The notes under the pieces are model-generated. The model was not told where the DNA came from. It saw only the letters and a program-made list of their open reading frames with translations, and did no database searches. A stretch of DNA of 62,924 nucleotides, the filler included, from Craspedostauros australis (lineage: Eukaryota), in NCBI GenBank assembly GCA_030167865.1. It is 19 parts of 19 records of this genome, joined end to end, with 100 filler letters (N's around TTAATTAATTAA, not from the genome) between each part and the next. Parts side by side here need not be neighbours in the genome. Positions count along the whole stretch, not along the records: positions 1 to 2,762 come from JALAGF010000422.1; positions 2,863 to 14,745 come from JALAGF010000423.1; 17 more parts are not named here. One strand, 5' to 3'. Every line of letters begins with the position of its first letter. Within the stretch, counting starts at the first letter, position 1. A program made the translations under genes and the position numbers. Positions 1 through 11,788 of this stretch are shown piece by piece.

Positions 1-1
1 G

Positions 2-1039
2 ACCAATCCTCCCAAATCGAAGCAACGACCATCTCTCGAATCCCGACCATCGCAATTGGCCGATCTTTCCTTGACTAAATCATCCGCAAAGGCGCCATCA
101 TCGTCATCATCGCCATCATCATCGCTGTCATCATCACAGTCCAAATCCAAACTCAATCTTCAACAGTTCGAACGCGAACACGAACACAGAGGTGTCTCGG
201 CCACAACCCCAAGCCCCATCCAGTCCTGGAGCCTTGAGTTTGGGAATCGAATTGCAATCAAGCAAGAAGGACCGGGCGTCCCCTTCCCGCAACAGATCTG
301 CATGCAGTTCGTTGCGCCCAAGCGAAGACTCAAAGCAACGACATTCACGCGGACGAAGCACGGGTGGTCTGCGCGACGCGATCAAGGAAAGGATCTCCAA
401 GGTGCTTGGCAATGGGTCCCGACGTCACCATTCCAGCAAAACAAGAGGTGTGTCATCACCATTGATATTACCATCGAGATCACCGTCGCCACGGCATTGG
501 CGGAGAAGCGCATAGCACACCAGTGGCAAGCTGCATTCAACATCATTGTGCCATCGTCGTGACGGAGCAATTCACACTTCCTCCTCTGGAAGAAGCCGCT
601 GCTCGTCATCGGCGCGGAGTCGTCGAAGTCCGTCCGATCGCGGCCGCAGAAGACTGCGCAAGTATCGATGGACTCATCGCCATCATCGCGACGCCAACGA
701 GCATCTGGCAGTTCGGATGATGTGAACGCAGCCTCGCGTTCACGCGAAACCAACTCAAATGCGCACTCCACCGGTACTGGTTTGCAACGGCACAAGGGCT
801 CACGTTCCCGAAAGCATGACCGAGGAAGTTCGCAAAGGCCAAATCAACGTGGCCATGGCCAATCGACACCACGTGGCGAAGATCGGCGAAGGAAGTTCTC
901 CCATGAACGATCATCATCGGCGCGACAACGAAACAGATCAAGAGGATATCGAAATTACAGCGTCGAACGGCATAGCAATGAGAGAGATGAGAATGGACGG
1001 CATGGCAAACAACAACATGGCAACAAACGTTCGTCATAA
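2..1039 (+). pseudogene. Possible 3' part of a low-complexity Ser/Arg-rich gene, apparently disrupted
   Basis: One frame is open from the window edge to 1039 except for a single TGA at 560-562 (ORFs 56..562 and 668..1039 share a frame); no domain recognised. Confidence 0.2.
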
Positions 1040-2199
1040 CACGAGGCCCTTCAATCAAATCGTTGTGGACGAAGCAGATCGTCAACTCGCGATGCTGTCT
1101 ACCATGAGAAGCTGTCTGGCACAAAGCCACTGCAACTCACATAATAGAAAGTGGTCAGGAGAAAGAGCGCGTCTCAGTGCCACCATCCCTTGATGAATGG
1201 TACCAAAACTCCCACCCCGTGATGCATCACGACACGATGGGATGGAATGAGATGGAGGGGCCGCTCCGTACTCGTATCATACTCATAGAGGTATGGTAGA
1301 TCCACATCCCTGTAATGTAATACACCTACGAATAAACTGTACTTCTCTACGTATGTTTGGAACAGTACCGCATACACTATATCTGCTTGTGCAATAGAAC
1401 ACTGTGATGAAGGCACCGGATGTTTCAAGAGATTGAAGGGCTGGATACTGCTCCCACACTGCCTCCGCCTTGTCTACGACTAATCTGGTTCGCTCTCTGT
1501 GGTATATACGCACACAAGGATGTTGCCGATGCCATTCATGAGCAGATTGGACATCTGTGGTTCCATCCGCACTCTGCCATCAGCATCGTTGTTGGTTCGT
1601 TGCGCAGACAAAGGACGAATGGCAGCAGCATTATCACAAGCCGTGCGGTCGTCACCATGCCGCCGGATTCGCACACATAGCACTCCACTCCAAGTCACAC
1701 TGCCAAGCAGATTCAAAGCGATAGTGCCGATGCCAGCCGATCCAAGTTTCTGGAAGAGACGATCTACGAAGAGCACATGGCGAACAAGGCAGAGAGAAAT
1801 GGTGAGAAGCCGCGAGGAGCATGGTTGGTACGCGATTCCATCGACCGTCCCGTATCGCGCTATCGTCCTCATCTCACCAGGAGTTGCACTCCCACCATTG
1901 TGCCAACACTGCAGTCGAGAGCCTTACCAAGTCCGAGGAGGAGCGATCACTTGCCGTTGGAGAAACAATTGCCAGGGTCACCATCCATTCCAATCTTCGA
2001 AGCGAGCAGTGCCAGCATGGCGGAAAGACAGGAACCGACGAGCCAGCGCAGTCCAAGCATCCAGAGAGTTTGACGAGCAACAGAAGAAACCAACGAATCA
2101 ACCAACCAACCAACAAGCAACCCCATGCAGAGTGCAAGTACTGTATTGCGGATCATGGTTGGCACAGAGTTCCATATGGCGCAAGAAGCACGTGGTCAG

Positions 2200-2701
2200 C
2201 GATCCATGGCCCATGGATACCGTATACCTACATGTCCTCCTTTGTGGTGATCCCAACTTCGTTGATGAGGCGGATGTTCCTGTCGATCACCTCTGTTGAG
2301 CATCGATGCTCTGGAAGTCACGAGCCAAGACGGCGGCACTCATGCCTATGGATAGAATGCGCATGGTGTTGTGTGTTGGTGGTCCGTGTGGCAGGAACAG
2401 TGGAGGCGGCACAGTATCACTCTGCTTGTTGATTGCTGAACGTGTCAACTCATCCCAATACGCAATGTGGTGTTGGTTTGATGTTGAGGACTCTTGTTGC
2501 CTGTGCGGATGGTGATTGTTGCAATGCGGTGGGATGGCAACCAGCCAAATCCAAATGAGATGGGTTGCAACCAACGAAGGCAATCACATTGGTGGCTTCA
2601 TCGGCGGCTTCATGGTTGTTCGAGGCATTGGCTCACACCTCAAGTTGATGCTTGCGATGGCAGGCGGACGAGGGTCAGTGGTCTTGCAGATGCCACGATG
2701 A
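2200..2701 (+). pseudogene. Possible degenerate rhomboid-protease remnant
   Basis: NSGG-like motif followed downstream by GNHIGGFIGGF (resembles rhomboid TM6 HxGGxxxG), interrupted by a stop at 2513-2515. Confidence 0.2.
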
Positions 2702-2762
2702 CGCAAGCAAGCGTGGGCCATGGTGCACATGGTGGTGGCGGCGGTGGTGGCGACGATGACAG

Positions 2763-2862
2763 NNNNNNNNNNNNNNNNNNNNNNNNNNNNNNNNNNNNNN
2801 NNNNNNTTAATTAATTAANNNNNNNNNNNNNNNNNNNNNNNNNNNNNNNNNNNNNNNNNNNN
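2763..2862. other. Artificial contig-joining linker (N-run, TTAATTAATTAA, N-run); representative of about 18 in the window
   Basis: Same ~100-nt structure with stops in all six frames recurs near 14746, 15985, 17238, 21959, 23216, 29365, 34374, 39342, 40694, 42584, 43760, 45880, 47379, 50985, 54813, 56144 and 61418; ORFs are cut abruptly at each. Confidence 0.97.
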
Positions 2863-3177
2863 GTAGAAGCCAGTACTGAATGAACAGAGTGTCGAATGCG
2901 GAGTACGCATCAAACACGGAGGATCGTGTAGCACGAGCACACGATGAAGAGAGAGAGAGAGAGAGAATACAGAGAGGAGCGAGAGAGGATCTCGCGTACC
3001 GACTCATAGTCGGAGACCGAATCTACGAAACAGATTGANNNNNNNNNNNNNNNNNNNNNNNNNNNNNNNNNNNNNNNNNNNNNNNNNNNNNCCAACGTAA
3101 TGAAATAGCAAACGAACGACTATCAACCAACACCATCTTCCACGATCGTAGGTTACCGTGAGCGGAACTTGCCAACA
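2863..3177 (-). mobile_element. LTR family A, partial copy 1
   Basis: Near-identical to 17338-17636 and to the reverse complement of 39045-39341; sharp TGTTGGCAAG terminus and an internal (GA)n tract; flanks differ between copies. Confidence 0.85.
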
Positions 3178-3816
3178 CGAACGCAAACAATACTGACGCA
3201 GAGATCGTGCCTCCATGACAGACAACAAACAGAAGAGGAGGAAATCGCGCTGCAACGAGAAGAAAACGAAACATGGGAGCGAATTGCATGCGAGACTCAA
3301 ACGATGAAGGAAAATACGAAATCTCCTGAGATGGTGGAACAAAATGTGAGGACATAATTGCGGTGAAGAGCCAGAGCCGAAATAGAGGGACTAAATAAAT
3401 AGATTTACGCTGAAAATGACATCGACAATCCCTCTTTTGGCGATGCCGGCGAAGGAACCAAGACACCGAATCTGGCCATAGTGCGCTAGTTGTGTCTAGA
3501 TGAGCTCAAAATCGAGGGGTCCATAAAAAATAAAATAAGATCTTATAGCAAGAACGAGATTCACAGCATATCTTATAATTTATCTAATTTATGAATATGT
3601 GGGTGGCTTGGTCGAAAGCCCGATAGGTTGCCACCACCCCAGGACCGACTGCAGGTCCCGTCACTCAAGTGGTTCCTAATACTTTGTGTCGAGATGATTG
3701 TCTCTAGATTATAATTTGTTTTAACCGTTTTGGTGTCACGGTGCCGATCGGATACACCCTTCCGACTCATCATTCATAGGACATGACACGATACATGTAT
3801 GGTACACTGAGTTCGT

Positions 3817-5811
3817 TTAGGCGTGCATGACGGCCTCGTCATCCTCCGCAACGTGATCCTCATCCTTCTTGTCGTTCTCGGTGTCGTTGCCTGGCGCCTT
3901 CATGGCCTCATCTTGCGGATCGAGGAATTTCAGATCCTCTTGCGAGAAGAGGGCGTGCACCAAGTACGATCGGATGGGCACGAGGGCGGCGACCATGGCG
4001 GGGAAGATGTATCCCACTTCGGAGAAATGGCCGATCGCAAAGATGGTGGTGCCGCAGGCTGCCTGGATGAAGGTGTAGAGCTGCGTCGTTCTCCATGGAA
4101 CGTTCTGCATGATGGGCGTGGTCGGACGGGCCTCGGGCACCTGCGTGGTGTAGAGTAACCGTTCCATGATTTCGTTACCGTCCAAGGCGACGATGCCGAG
4201 ATACAGGAAGATGCCGAAGAGCGATCCGACCGGGATCCATGACACCATGACGAGGGAGCAGAGCGCGACGAACATGAGCAAGGCCTGGAAGAGCGAACTC
4301 CAGCGCTGTTCCTGGCAGTCGGAGAAGATCTCTCGTGAGACACCGTCGATCATCTTGTGCTCGCGCTTGCACAAGGCGCGCACGTGCAGCGGTGCCTGTG
4401 GGATGAGCCCGTTGCCCGGCGGTACTCCGAGCAGGCCGCTGTGAGGTTCAAAAGGCATTACGAAACAAGTTAAGATGAATGGTGAGAAATGTTGACGAAT
4501 TCGCATGGATCACGTAGCATACTTCAATCCAACAACAGCTCCATAACAACATGTTCCACACCAATGCACAACTCAAGCATATCCAACAACAAAACACGAA
4601 CGAACGTACCACGGAATCATGGTGATACCGAGAATGAAGAAATCCCAATGATACGCCGGTGGCTTCTGAAGATGGAACTTGGGACTTTGCGCCATGATGC
4701 TGGAGACGTTGTGATCGATGAAGAAGAGGGCGAAGAACATGAATCCTGGAAACAGCGCACCCAGAATGCCCTTCGTCTCGATGCCGTCCAAGGGCGACGT
4801 GAACCAATCGCGGTCGGATGTGGGCTGCCAGTCCCATGGCGTCGTGCGGATATTGACGCGCTCCAGGGCGTCTTCGCCGTTGGCGTCCTCGAGGGCGACG
4901 CCCGGCAGGTAGGAGAGGGCCGTCGTGATGATCAAGGCGAGCATCATGTTGTAGCTGGTGAGTATTTCTCGCGTGAGCTCGGTGAACATGGTCCACTGCT
5001 CGGCGTGATGCAGCGTCCAGCAGATCCAGCACGTGGCGACGCCGATGAGGACGTTGGCGTAGGCCGCGCTGCGAATGGCCGGATCGAGGTTCTCCTCGCC
5101 CATCTTGGCCGGGTTGACGAGATCGCGGATGGATTCGAAGCAGAAGCTGATGCCGATGAAGAACTCGAAGATCTGCAGCGTGAATGGCGTGATCCGCCAG
5201 ACGAAGTTGACGAGGCCGGTCATGGCGGCGATGATGTGCATGAGGGCGGACCAGATGATGACCCACCAGTAGAATGCGAAGTAGTCGGCGTCGAACTGCT
5301 CCGCCAGTCCGTACGAGGTTCCCAGGAGCAGCGCGGTGGGACCCGTGATGCCGAGCACCGTCATCGCCTGGCCGGCAAAGAGCGCGTAGATGGTGCCGAT
5401 GATGCCCGCGCTGAGCAGGACCTCGGCGACGGCCAGGTTGCCTTCGGTCTGGCGATCCAGGACCTCGGCGAAGATGAGCGCGGGGATGAGCTGCACCACG
5501 AAGGCGTAGAAGGTGGCGTTGAAGACGCGCAGTATGTTGGACGGCACGCCCCAGTCACCCATGTACAGCGGTCCGCGCACCTTGAGATCGTCCACCATGC
5601 CTGTCATGAATTGGAAGATGGGCATGCTCTTGGTTGCGTTGTCCGCACTGTCTGTATTGTTTGTATTGTTTGCATTGTCCGCATTGTTGCTGTCGCCGTT
5701 GCTGTCCTCGATCGTGACCTGCTCCGTGACAGGAGAAGCGTCGCTGTCCGCATCATTGTCGCTGATGGTGACCGGCGACTGGTCTGTGATTTCGTCTTCT
5801 CTTGGTGGCAT
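3817..5811 (-). CDS. SLC4/BOR-family anion (bicarbonate/borate) transporter, 2 exons (5811-4610, 4438-3817), ~607 aa
   Basis: Multi-TM protein with GITGP, FFIDHNVSS, KPPAYHWD and PPGNGLIPQAPLH motifs typical of HCO3_cotransp/BOR1; the GTACGT...CAG intron 4609-4439 restores ITMIPC-GLLG in frame. Confidence 0.93.
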
Positions 5812-6379
5812 CTTGTGGTCTTCCAATTGCAATAACAGAGTGATACAAGTGACACAGTGACACAGTGATGCAGTGATAGAGAGATAGAGTATGGTACGAG
5901 TAGAGTGTTCTACTCTGCTTGTGTTGTTGTGTGTTGTTGTGTGTTGTTGTGTGTTGCTGTGTGTTGCTGTGTGTTGCGCTTTCTGATTTGTTGTGAGCGC
6001 AAACAGTGTGCAGCCGATTTGTTTTCGTGTTTGGCGGTTGGATGGAGTCGAAATGTGTTGAATAGTGTTGAATAGTGTTGTTGGCTTGGACTGAGTTCAG
6101 TTCCGTTGGGTACTGTGGTTGGAAGAGGAATAGATTCCGTCTTTGTTCTCGTCTGCAATGGCAGCTTTGGCAAGAAGCAGTTGAGCAAGAACGAGTACCG
6201 CAGTGTGATGTTGCCGAGTATCAGAGCGCGCGCAAATGCAGAGCGCGAGTTCGTTTTCCAATCTCCTTTTTCTCCTTTTGTTCTGTTTCTTCTCCTGGTC
6301 TTCTTGACGCTTCGTTCGGCAACTTCCGACGTCAATGCAGAAAGGCGCGATCAGCAACGATGGTCGGGACGATGATTGC

Positions 6380-6380
<1 letters not shown>

Positions 6381-6428
<48 letters not shown>
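6381..6428. repeat. (ATG)16 microsatellite between the divergent SLC4 and MFS genes
   Basis: Perfect trinucleotide run read directly. Confidence 0.95.
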
Positions 6429-7222
6429 GGCGGCAGTTGGTTTGGAACCTTTGGGAATGAATGAATGGATGAAGATGGGATTGCCCTCTCTCTGCGCGCT
6501 TTGCTGCTGTTTGTGACTTTGGGAGCTTTGTAGCCGTTGTGTTGTTGTTGTTGCTGTTGCTGTCGTCGTCGTTCCCGTGATGGATGGACGGGTGGGTGGA
6601 TTGGTGGTGGTGGGCGCAACGTGTGTGTCTCATGCGTCAAAGAAAGGCACGGAGAAAAGGGATCGTTGCAGCGCAGGCTCGAAGTAACTTTTTGCTTCTT
6701 CCGTTGTCCATTCACAAACGTGACGTGGTGCTATTTCAACTGCAACTGACGTTGTCAGCGGTTAGATTCGAAATTATCTCCATTTGTGCCGACAAATTTG
6801 GCTGCGCGTCGTGCAGCTTCCGTGGAGATTTGGCGTCACATCGTCATTTCTCCAAATGGATGGATGGATGTGTCGTGCCAACGAGCGTGTCGTGCGTTCA
6901 CAGAATAATAGTACCTTTCACGAAGTACTACTATTACATTGTTGGTTGAGAAGTCGATCCCAAAAGAACAAATCCAAAACACGGATGCCATCACATGATG
7001 TGCTTCGGCAGCCCAGGAAGGATTTAACACAACATCAGGTTCAGATCATCACAATCAGCATCATCTGCACCAACATCTGCAGCAACAGCATCATCCTCCG
7101 TCGTCTCTTGTTGTTGGTATCGGCGCAACCGTTGTAACACGGAAAGCATCTCTCACGATTCCCCGCTCCAACACCTCCACAAGCCTCCTCGTACTCATCA
7201 TCCACAATTGGACAAACCAACG

Positions 7223-9146
7223 ATGCCATCGGTTCATCATCTGTTCCTCGTGATGGCCTGGATCACTCTTTTCGGCGGTTCCACCACAACGCAGGCGTTG
7301 GCGCCTCCTCAAAGGCAGGCCGATGGCAGGTTGGGACATCAGCAGATTCAACAGCCACGCCATCAATGGCATCACCAGCATCACAATCAACAACAGCGTC
7401 GACAGCAGATGCGCCCATCGCTCGATCATGGCATCGCACTCACGACGAATGGATTGGCGTTGCGGCCCAATCCACTGCGCACGACGTTGCTGCAGGCCAA
7501 GCCATCCGATGACTCTGGATCGGCAAGCATCGACGAAGATGACAGCAACAACGCCTGGCTCTTCTTCCTCGTGCTTCCACTATGGGCCGTCCTCCTCTCC
7601 AACCAATGGTCGCGATATCTCATCGGATACGTCGTGGACTTCAGCCCCAACGCCGATCCCTTCCTCGCCATGAACGTCGCCATCGGCTTCAACGAGGGCC
7701 AGTACGCCATCTTGGCCTCGCTGGCTTTCACCATCCTCTTCGCCATCGCGTCGTTGGGCGCCGGCGCCTTGGCCGACCGCGTCAACCGCCAACAGCTCAC
7801 CGTCGCCTCGGCCATCGGCTGGAGCGTGGCAGGATTGGGCATGTCCATGTCCTCATCGTACGAAGAGGTCGTCGTGTGGCGCGTCGTCATGGGATTGGCC
7901 TGCGCCTTTGCCACGCCGACGGCCTACAGCCTCATCAATCAGAACGTGCCCAAGAGCCGCGTGGCGCTGGCCAGCAGCATCTACGGGACGGGCGTCGTGT
8001 TCGGTGGCGCCTTCGCATCGCTGTCGGTGCTGTTGGATACGTCGTACGGCTGGCAGACCACGACGCAGGTCGCGGCGCTGTTCGGGATTCTAGCGGCCGG
8101 TGTGGCCGGCATTTGCGTCAAGGATGAGCGCGACGTTGCGTCGTTGATCGATGTTGCGGACGATGGTGATGATGATGATGATGATGATGGGAATGGAGAC
8201 AATCCGATCTCAGAGTTCTTGACGAATGTCAAACAAGTCACATCGACCAATCGGGTCAAGTGGATCCTCATCGCCAGCGTCTTTCGCTTTTCGGCTGGTC
8301 TGTGCATCGGGGTGAGTCGTCGTCGAATGGTCGTTGAATGGTCGTTGCATGGTCGTCGAAGGATTGTTGGAGCGCATCTGCGGATGGATCAATGAATGAC
8401 GACGTTCTTGCAGTGATGTGCGATAGAGTAGTGTTGCTCCGATCTGCTCTGCTCTGATGCATGCAAATGGAGACAAAATCCAACTCACTTTGATGCCCAC
8501 GTTTGCATGTACTGCCAACACTCGCCATCATTCTCGAATCCACATCGCTCCATGACAGGTATGGGCACCACCCTACTTCCGACTTACATTCCCCGACAAC
8601 ATCGCCGACTACGCCGTCGCCCAAGCCGCCATCACAGGCCTCGCAGGATCTGCCAGTGGCGTCGTCGGTGGTGCCTGCGCTGATTGGTTGTCGTCACAAG
8701 GCGGCGACGACCCGGCAGGACGCAGATTATGGATCCCCGTCGTCGGCAGCGCGCTGGCAGCACCGGCTTGGTACTTCACCATGACGACGCAGGGTGGGTT
8801 CACTATGGCGATGACCTTCCTCGCCATCGAGTACTTCGTCGCGGAATGCTGGTTCGGACCCACCATCAGCACGCTGCAGGCCACCGTGGGACCCAAGGTG
8901 GGCGGCACGGCGCAAGGCGTCTTTTCCTTGACGGGTGCCGTTGCCAATTTGGCGCCCACCCTGTTGGGGTATCTGTACGGCCGGTCGGTCGATGCCGCGA
9001 ACATGGCGGCCGGTGCCACGCAGTCGCAATCGTCGTTGGTGGATCTGCTCGTGGTGGGGGTTGTCGTGTCGTACTTGCTCAGCTCGTTTGGATTCGCTAT
9101 GGCGGCCACGGCCAAGGAGACGCCGGAGCCGTCCTCGGAGTCGTAA
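7223..9146 (+). CDS. MFS transporter (spinster-like), probably plastid-targeted; exons 7223-8311 and 8559-9146, ~558 aa
   Basis: MFS motif A (GALADRVNRQ), about 12 TMs, signal peptide ending TQA-LAP plus a transit-like stretch; phase-0 GTGAGT...CAG intron 8312-8558 gives GLCIG-VWAPPYF. Confidence 0.9.
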
Positions 9147-9553
9147 CTCGCAGAGTAATAGGACACTACCAAATGCTATAGAGTAGCCGTTTTGGAATCA
9201 TCACGTTGATTGCAGGAGGATGTCCTTCTTCTTTGGGTTCTTTTGAGGGTGCATAGGTAGTGCGTGTGGTAACGAACAAAACTGAAGTAGGATGATCTAG
9301 ATTGGTGGTATGTAGATTTTCGCTCCTCTTCTGATTGAGTCAACAGCGTTTTGACGTCATCACGCGAAGCAGAAAGAAGGGTTGGCCACCAGAGCCGCAA
9401 CACGAAACACGCGCCCACGCGAACATCAACATCAACAAGGAGCACCCATCAAAGCCCATCATCATCATCCTCCTTCACGAGAGACAACCAAAGGAACATC
9501 TCTCCTTCTTTGAACAATACCATACACTTTGACGATACATTCCCACGCAGAAC

Positions 9554-10031
9554 ATGACCATGCCACCGACAGTACTGTACAGATCCCTGCTGAGGGAGGC
9601 CAAGAAGATGGGAGATTACAACTTCCGATCGTTCGCCTTGAGAAGAGTCAAAGCTGGCTTCAAGGCCAACAGGGCGCTGCAAGGGTGAGTGCTGCTTGCG
9701 CGTGTGTACTCGGAGAGCTTGTCTCACTGATGCTTCGATGTTGGCCGATGCGATATGCTGTTGCCACACATACGCGCATGAATGAATAGATACATACATA
9801 AGTGACCAGTCGCTTCCTCCATTTCTCACACTCCTCTTCACGATCCTCTTTGCCTTGTTTCATCCTCACAATTCATGCAACTGCCTTCATGTGTCCACAA
9901 TACTTCACCGTAAATCACGCAGCGAGGAAGCAACCGCAGCAATTCTGGATGGACAGAAACAGCTGGAAATGCTGAAGAGACAGGCGGTGTTGGGACAGCT
10001 GTATCCAAGCGCGAGAAGCGTGATGGAGTAG
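9554..10031 (+). CDS. ISD11: LYR-motif protein ISD11/LYRM4 (mitochondrial Fe-S assembly); exons 9554-9684 and 9923-10031, 79 aa
   Basis: Manual translation: MTMPPTVLYRSLLREAKKMGDYNFRSFALRRVKAGFKANRALQG/EEATAAILDGQKQLEMLKRQAVLGQLYPSARSVME. LYR, YNFR and LKRQ..LY signatures; GTGAGT...CAG intron 9685-9922. Absent from the ORF track. Confidence 0.92.
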
Positions 10032-10357
10032 ACAACAAGTGCTAGGAAACAAGTGCATGAAAAATGCATCATGATGATATTGCGACGTCTGTCACATCGT
10101 TACCTTCGACAGGCGCATAGTATCCACTCTGCAGTCCGATATGCTTGTGGCACATGCATGTGTTCTCCCGAGTATCATCAGAGCGCAAGAGGATCAACCC
10201 AATGCGGAATAGAGTACTCCATGGAGAGCACACGCGCACACACTGGATGGCATCTCAAATTACGGACCAAAGAAAATAACGGACTCCACATTGCGTGTTC
10301 GCACGAGTTCATGTTGTTACGGAGTATATGGCACCATATTCTAATGTTTTGAAGTTA

Positions 10358-10897
10358 TCACTTGCGCTTGAACATGGCCTCTGCCTTGGCCATATCCTTC
10401 ATCAATCGCTTTTCTTGTCGCTGTTGGCGTTCTTCAATGAGACCCTGCATGCCTCCAAATCGTTTGCGTGCTCGCCGCCGCAGTTCCGTGCGCTTGTACA
10501 TCTTCATCGGCGTCCAACCTTTGTGATGCGGATTCTCACGTTCTTCACATTCGCACACGGCCAACGTGCCCTGCGGCAAGCAATACATCTTCATGGCCTC
10601 CTTCTTCGTGACGAAGGACGATGCATTCTCTTCGAATTGTTCCAAGACATCGAGCTGAAGCAACTTGGTCTCTTCGTCATCAGCGTCGTCTTTGTCTTTG
10701 TCTTTCTTTGCTTCATCCTTCGTTTCACTTGTTTCGAGCTTGCGTCGTTTCTGCTGTTTTTGCTGTTGTTGCTCGATCTCTTGCTGCCGTTTCGCAGCAG
10801 CAGCAGCTTCCCGTTCTTCCCGTTTGCGTTTCTGGATGGCCAAGGCACGCTCTCGATTGCGGTGCATGCGATCCAGCTGTTCTTGCGTCAATTCCAT
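10358..10897 (-). CDS. XPA/Rad14-like DNA repair protein (XPA C-terminal domain, no C4 zinc finger); may extend to 11079 through an intron
   Basis: VTKKEAMKMYCL...ENPHHKGWTPMKMY...RFGG matches the XPA_C pattern; N-terminal LTQEQLDRMHRNRERAL resembles the XPA RPA-binding helix. Confidence 0.82.
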   Translation of the reverse strand: MELTQEQLDRMHRNRERALAIQKRKREEREAAAAAKRQQEIEQQQQKQQKRRKLETSETKDEAKKDKDKDDADDEETKLLQLDVLEQFEENASSFVTKKEAMKMYCLPQGTLAVCECEERENPHHKGWTPMKMYKRTELRRRARKRFGGMQGLIEERQQRQEKRLMKDMAKAEAMFKRK

Positions 10898-10902
10898 TTG
10901 GA

Positions 10903-11079
10903 TTATGCCTGAGCCGATGGCGGCAACGCCTTGTCACGTCCGGAAAAGAAGACAAAGGCCATGCGCAAGGCACCAAAGTAGACGCCCAGCTGTCCGAAGA
11001 ACCACAGATTCTGAGTGAGTTGGGAGGACGATCCGCTTCCGCCACCACCTCCCTTACCGTCGGGATACAAGACGAACAT
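10903..11079 (-). CDS. 58-aa single-TM microprotein, Tom5-like (candidate)
   Basis: MFVLYPDGKGGGGGSGSSSQLTQNLWFFGQLGVYFGALRMAFVFFSGRDKALPPSAQA*; MF start and a hydrophobic Y...LR segment recall metazoan Tom5 and plant Tom6. The stop lies 5 nt before the XPA ATG. Below the ORF-track cutoff. Confidence 0.55.
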   Translation of the reverse strand: MFVLYPDGKGGGGGSGSSSQLTQNLWFFGQLGVYFGALRMAFVFFSGRDKALPPSAQA

Positions 11080-11788
11080 GTATGCAGCTTATTGTCGAGT
11101 GTTTCTGTTTGTTTGTTAGTGTTGGGTAGATTCACACGTGGAGATCAGATTGTAGTTAATCGATCCGACGTGCTTTGCCTGCCGATCCTCTCTTGCGATT
11201 GAGTCTCCCTTGGTTTTGTGTCGAAGCGTGGTTTGGGTTCGTGCTTTCTCCCTGTTGCGCTCTGTGTGTTTGGAGTGTGCTTTCGTTGTGTTGATGTGCG
11301 TGTGTGGCTGCGAATTCGCGACGACAAATCCAAAAAAGCGATTTAGTCGAACGAGTCAAGGCACCAAAACCGAAACAAAAGATGTCTTCCTTCGCCATCT
11401 CTCCAATTCTTCTGTGGCGACTTGTCACGTGGGATGTGCTTCCAAGTCGTTTCACTTGAATTCATTTCAATCCATCCCCACAACTGCAAGGATGGCTTTG
11501 GACACATCGATCTCGATGTCGATACCGATGTCATCTCCCAGCGAATGATCGACATCCTCCTCTTTTCCTGCAGTTGATGTGAATCGCCACTGAGCGAGAA
11601 CGATTTCGGAGCGAAGAGCACTTGAAGAAGTGTCTCTCGAACACGATCACGAGAGAGAGCCGCGATACTCAACGACATATTCTACTTCATCGCATAGTCG
11701 TAGCACACCACTCGATCGGTTCAACCCAATCAATTGACATCAAGCAGCACACACCAAATACTATATATATCGTTGGCGTTCCGTGATT

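Noticed and set aside
3601..3640. Hairpin with GAAA as a possible hammerhead ribozyme
   Set aside because: No CTGANGA core in a suitable position.
4489..5835. 448-aa plus-strand ORF
   Set aside because: Antisense shadow of the codon-biased SLC4 exon; no motifs.
6075..6749. Poly-Met, poly-Ile, poly-Ser and poly-Cys ORFs
   Set aside because: Translations of (ATG)n and (GTT)n microsatellites.
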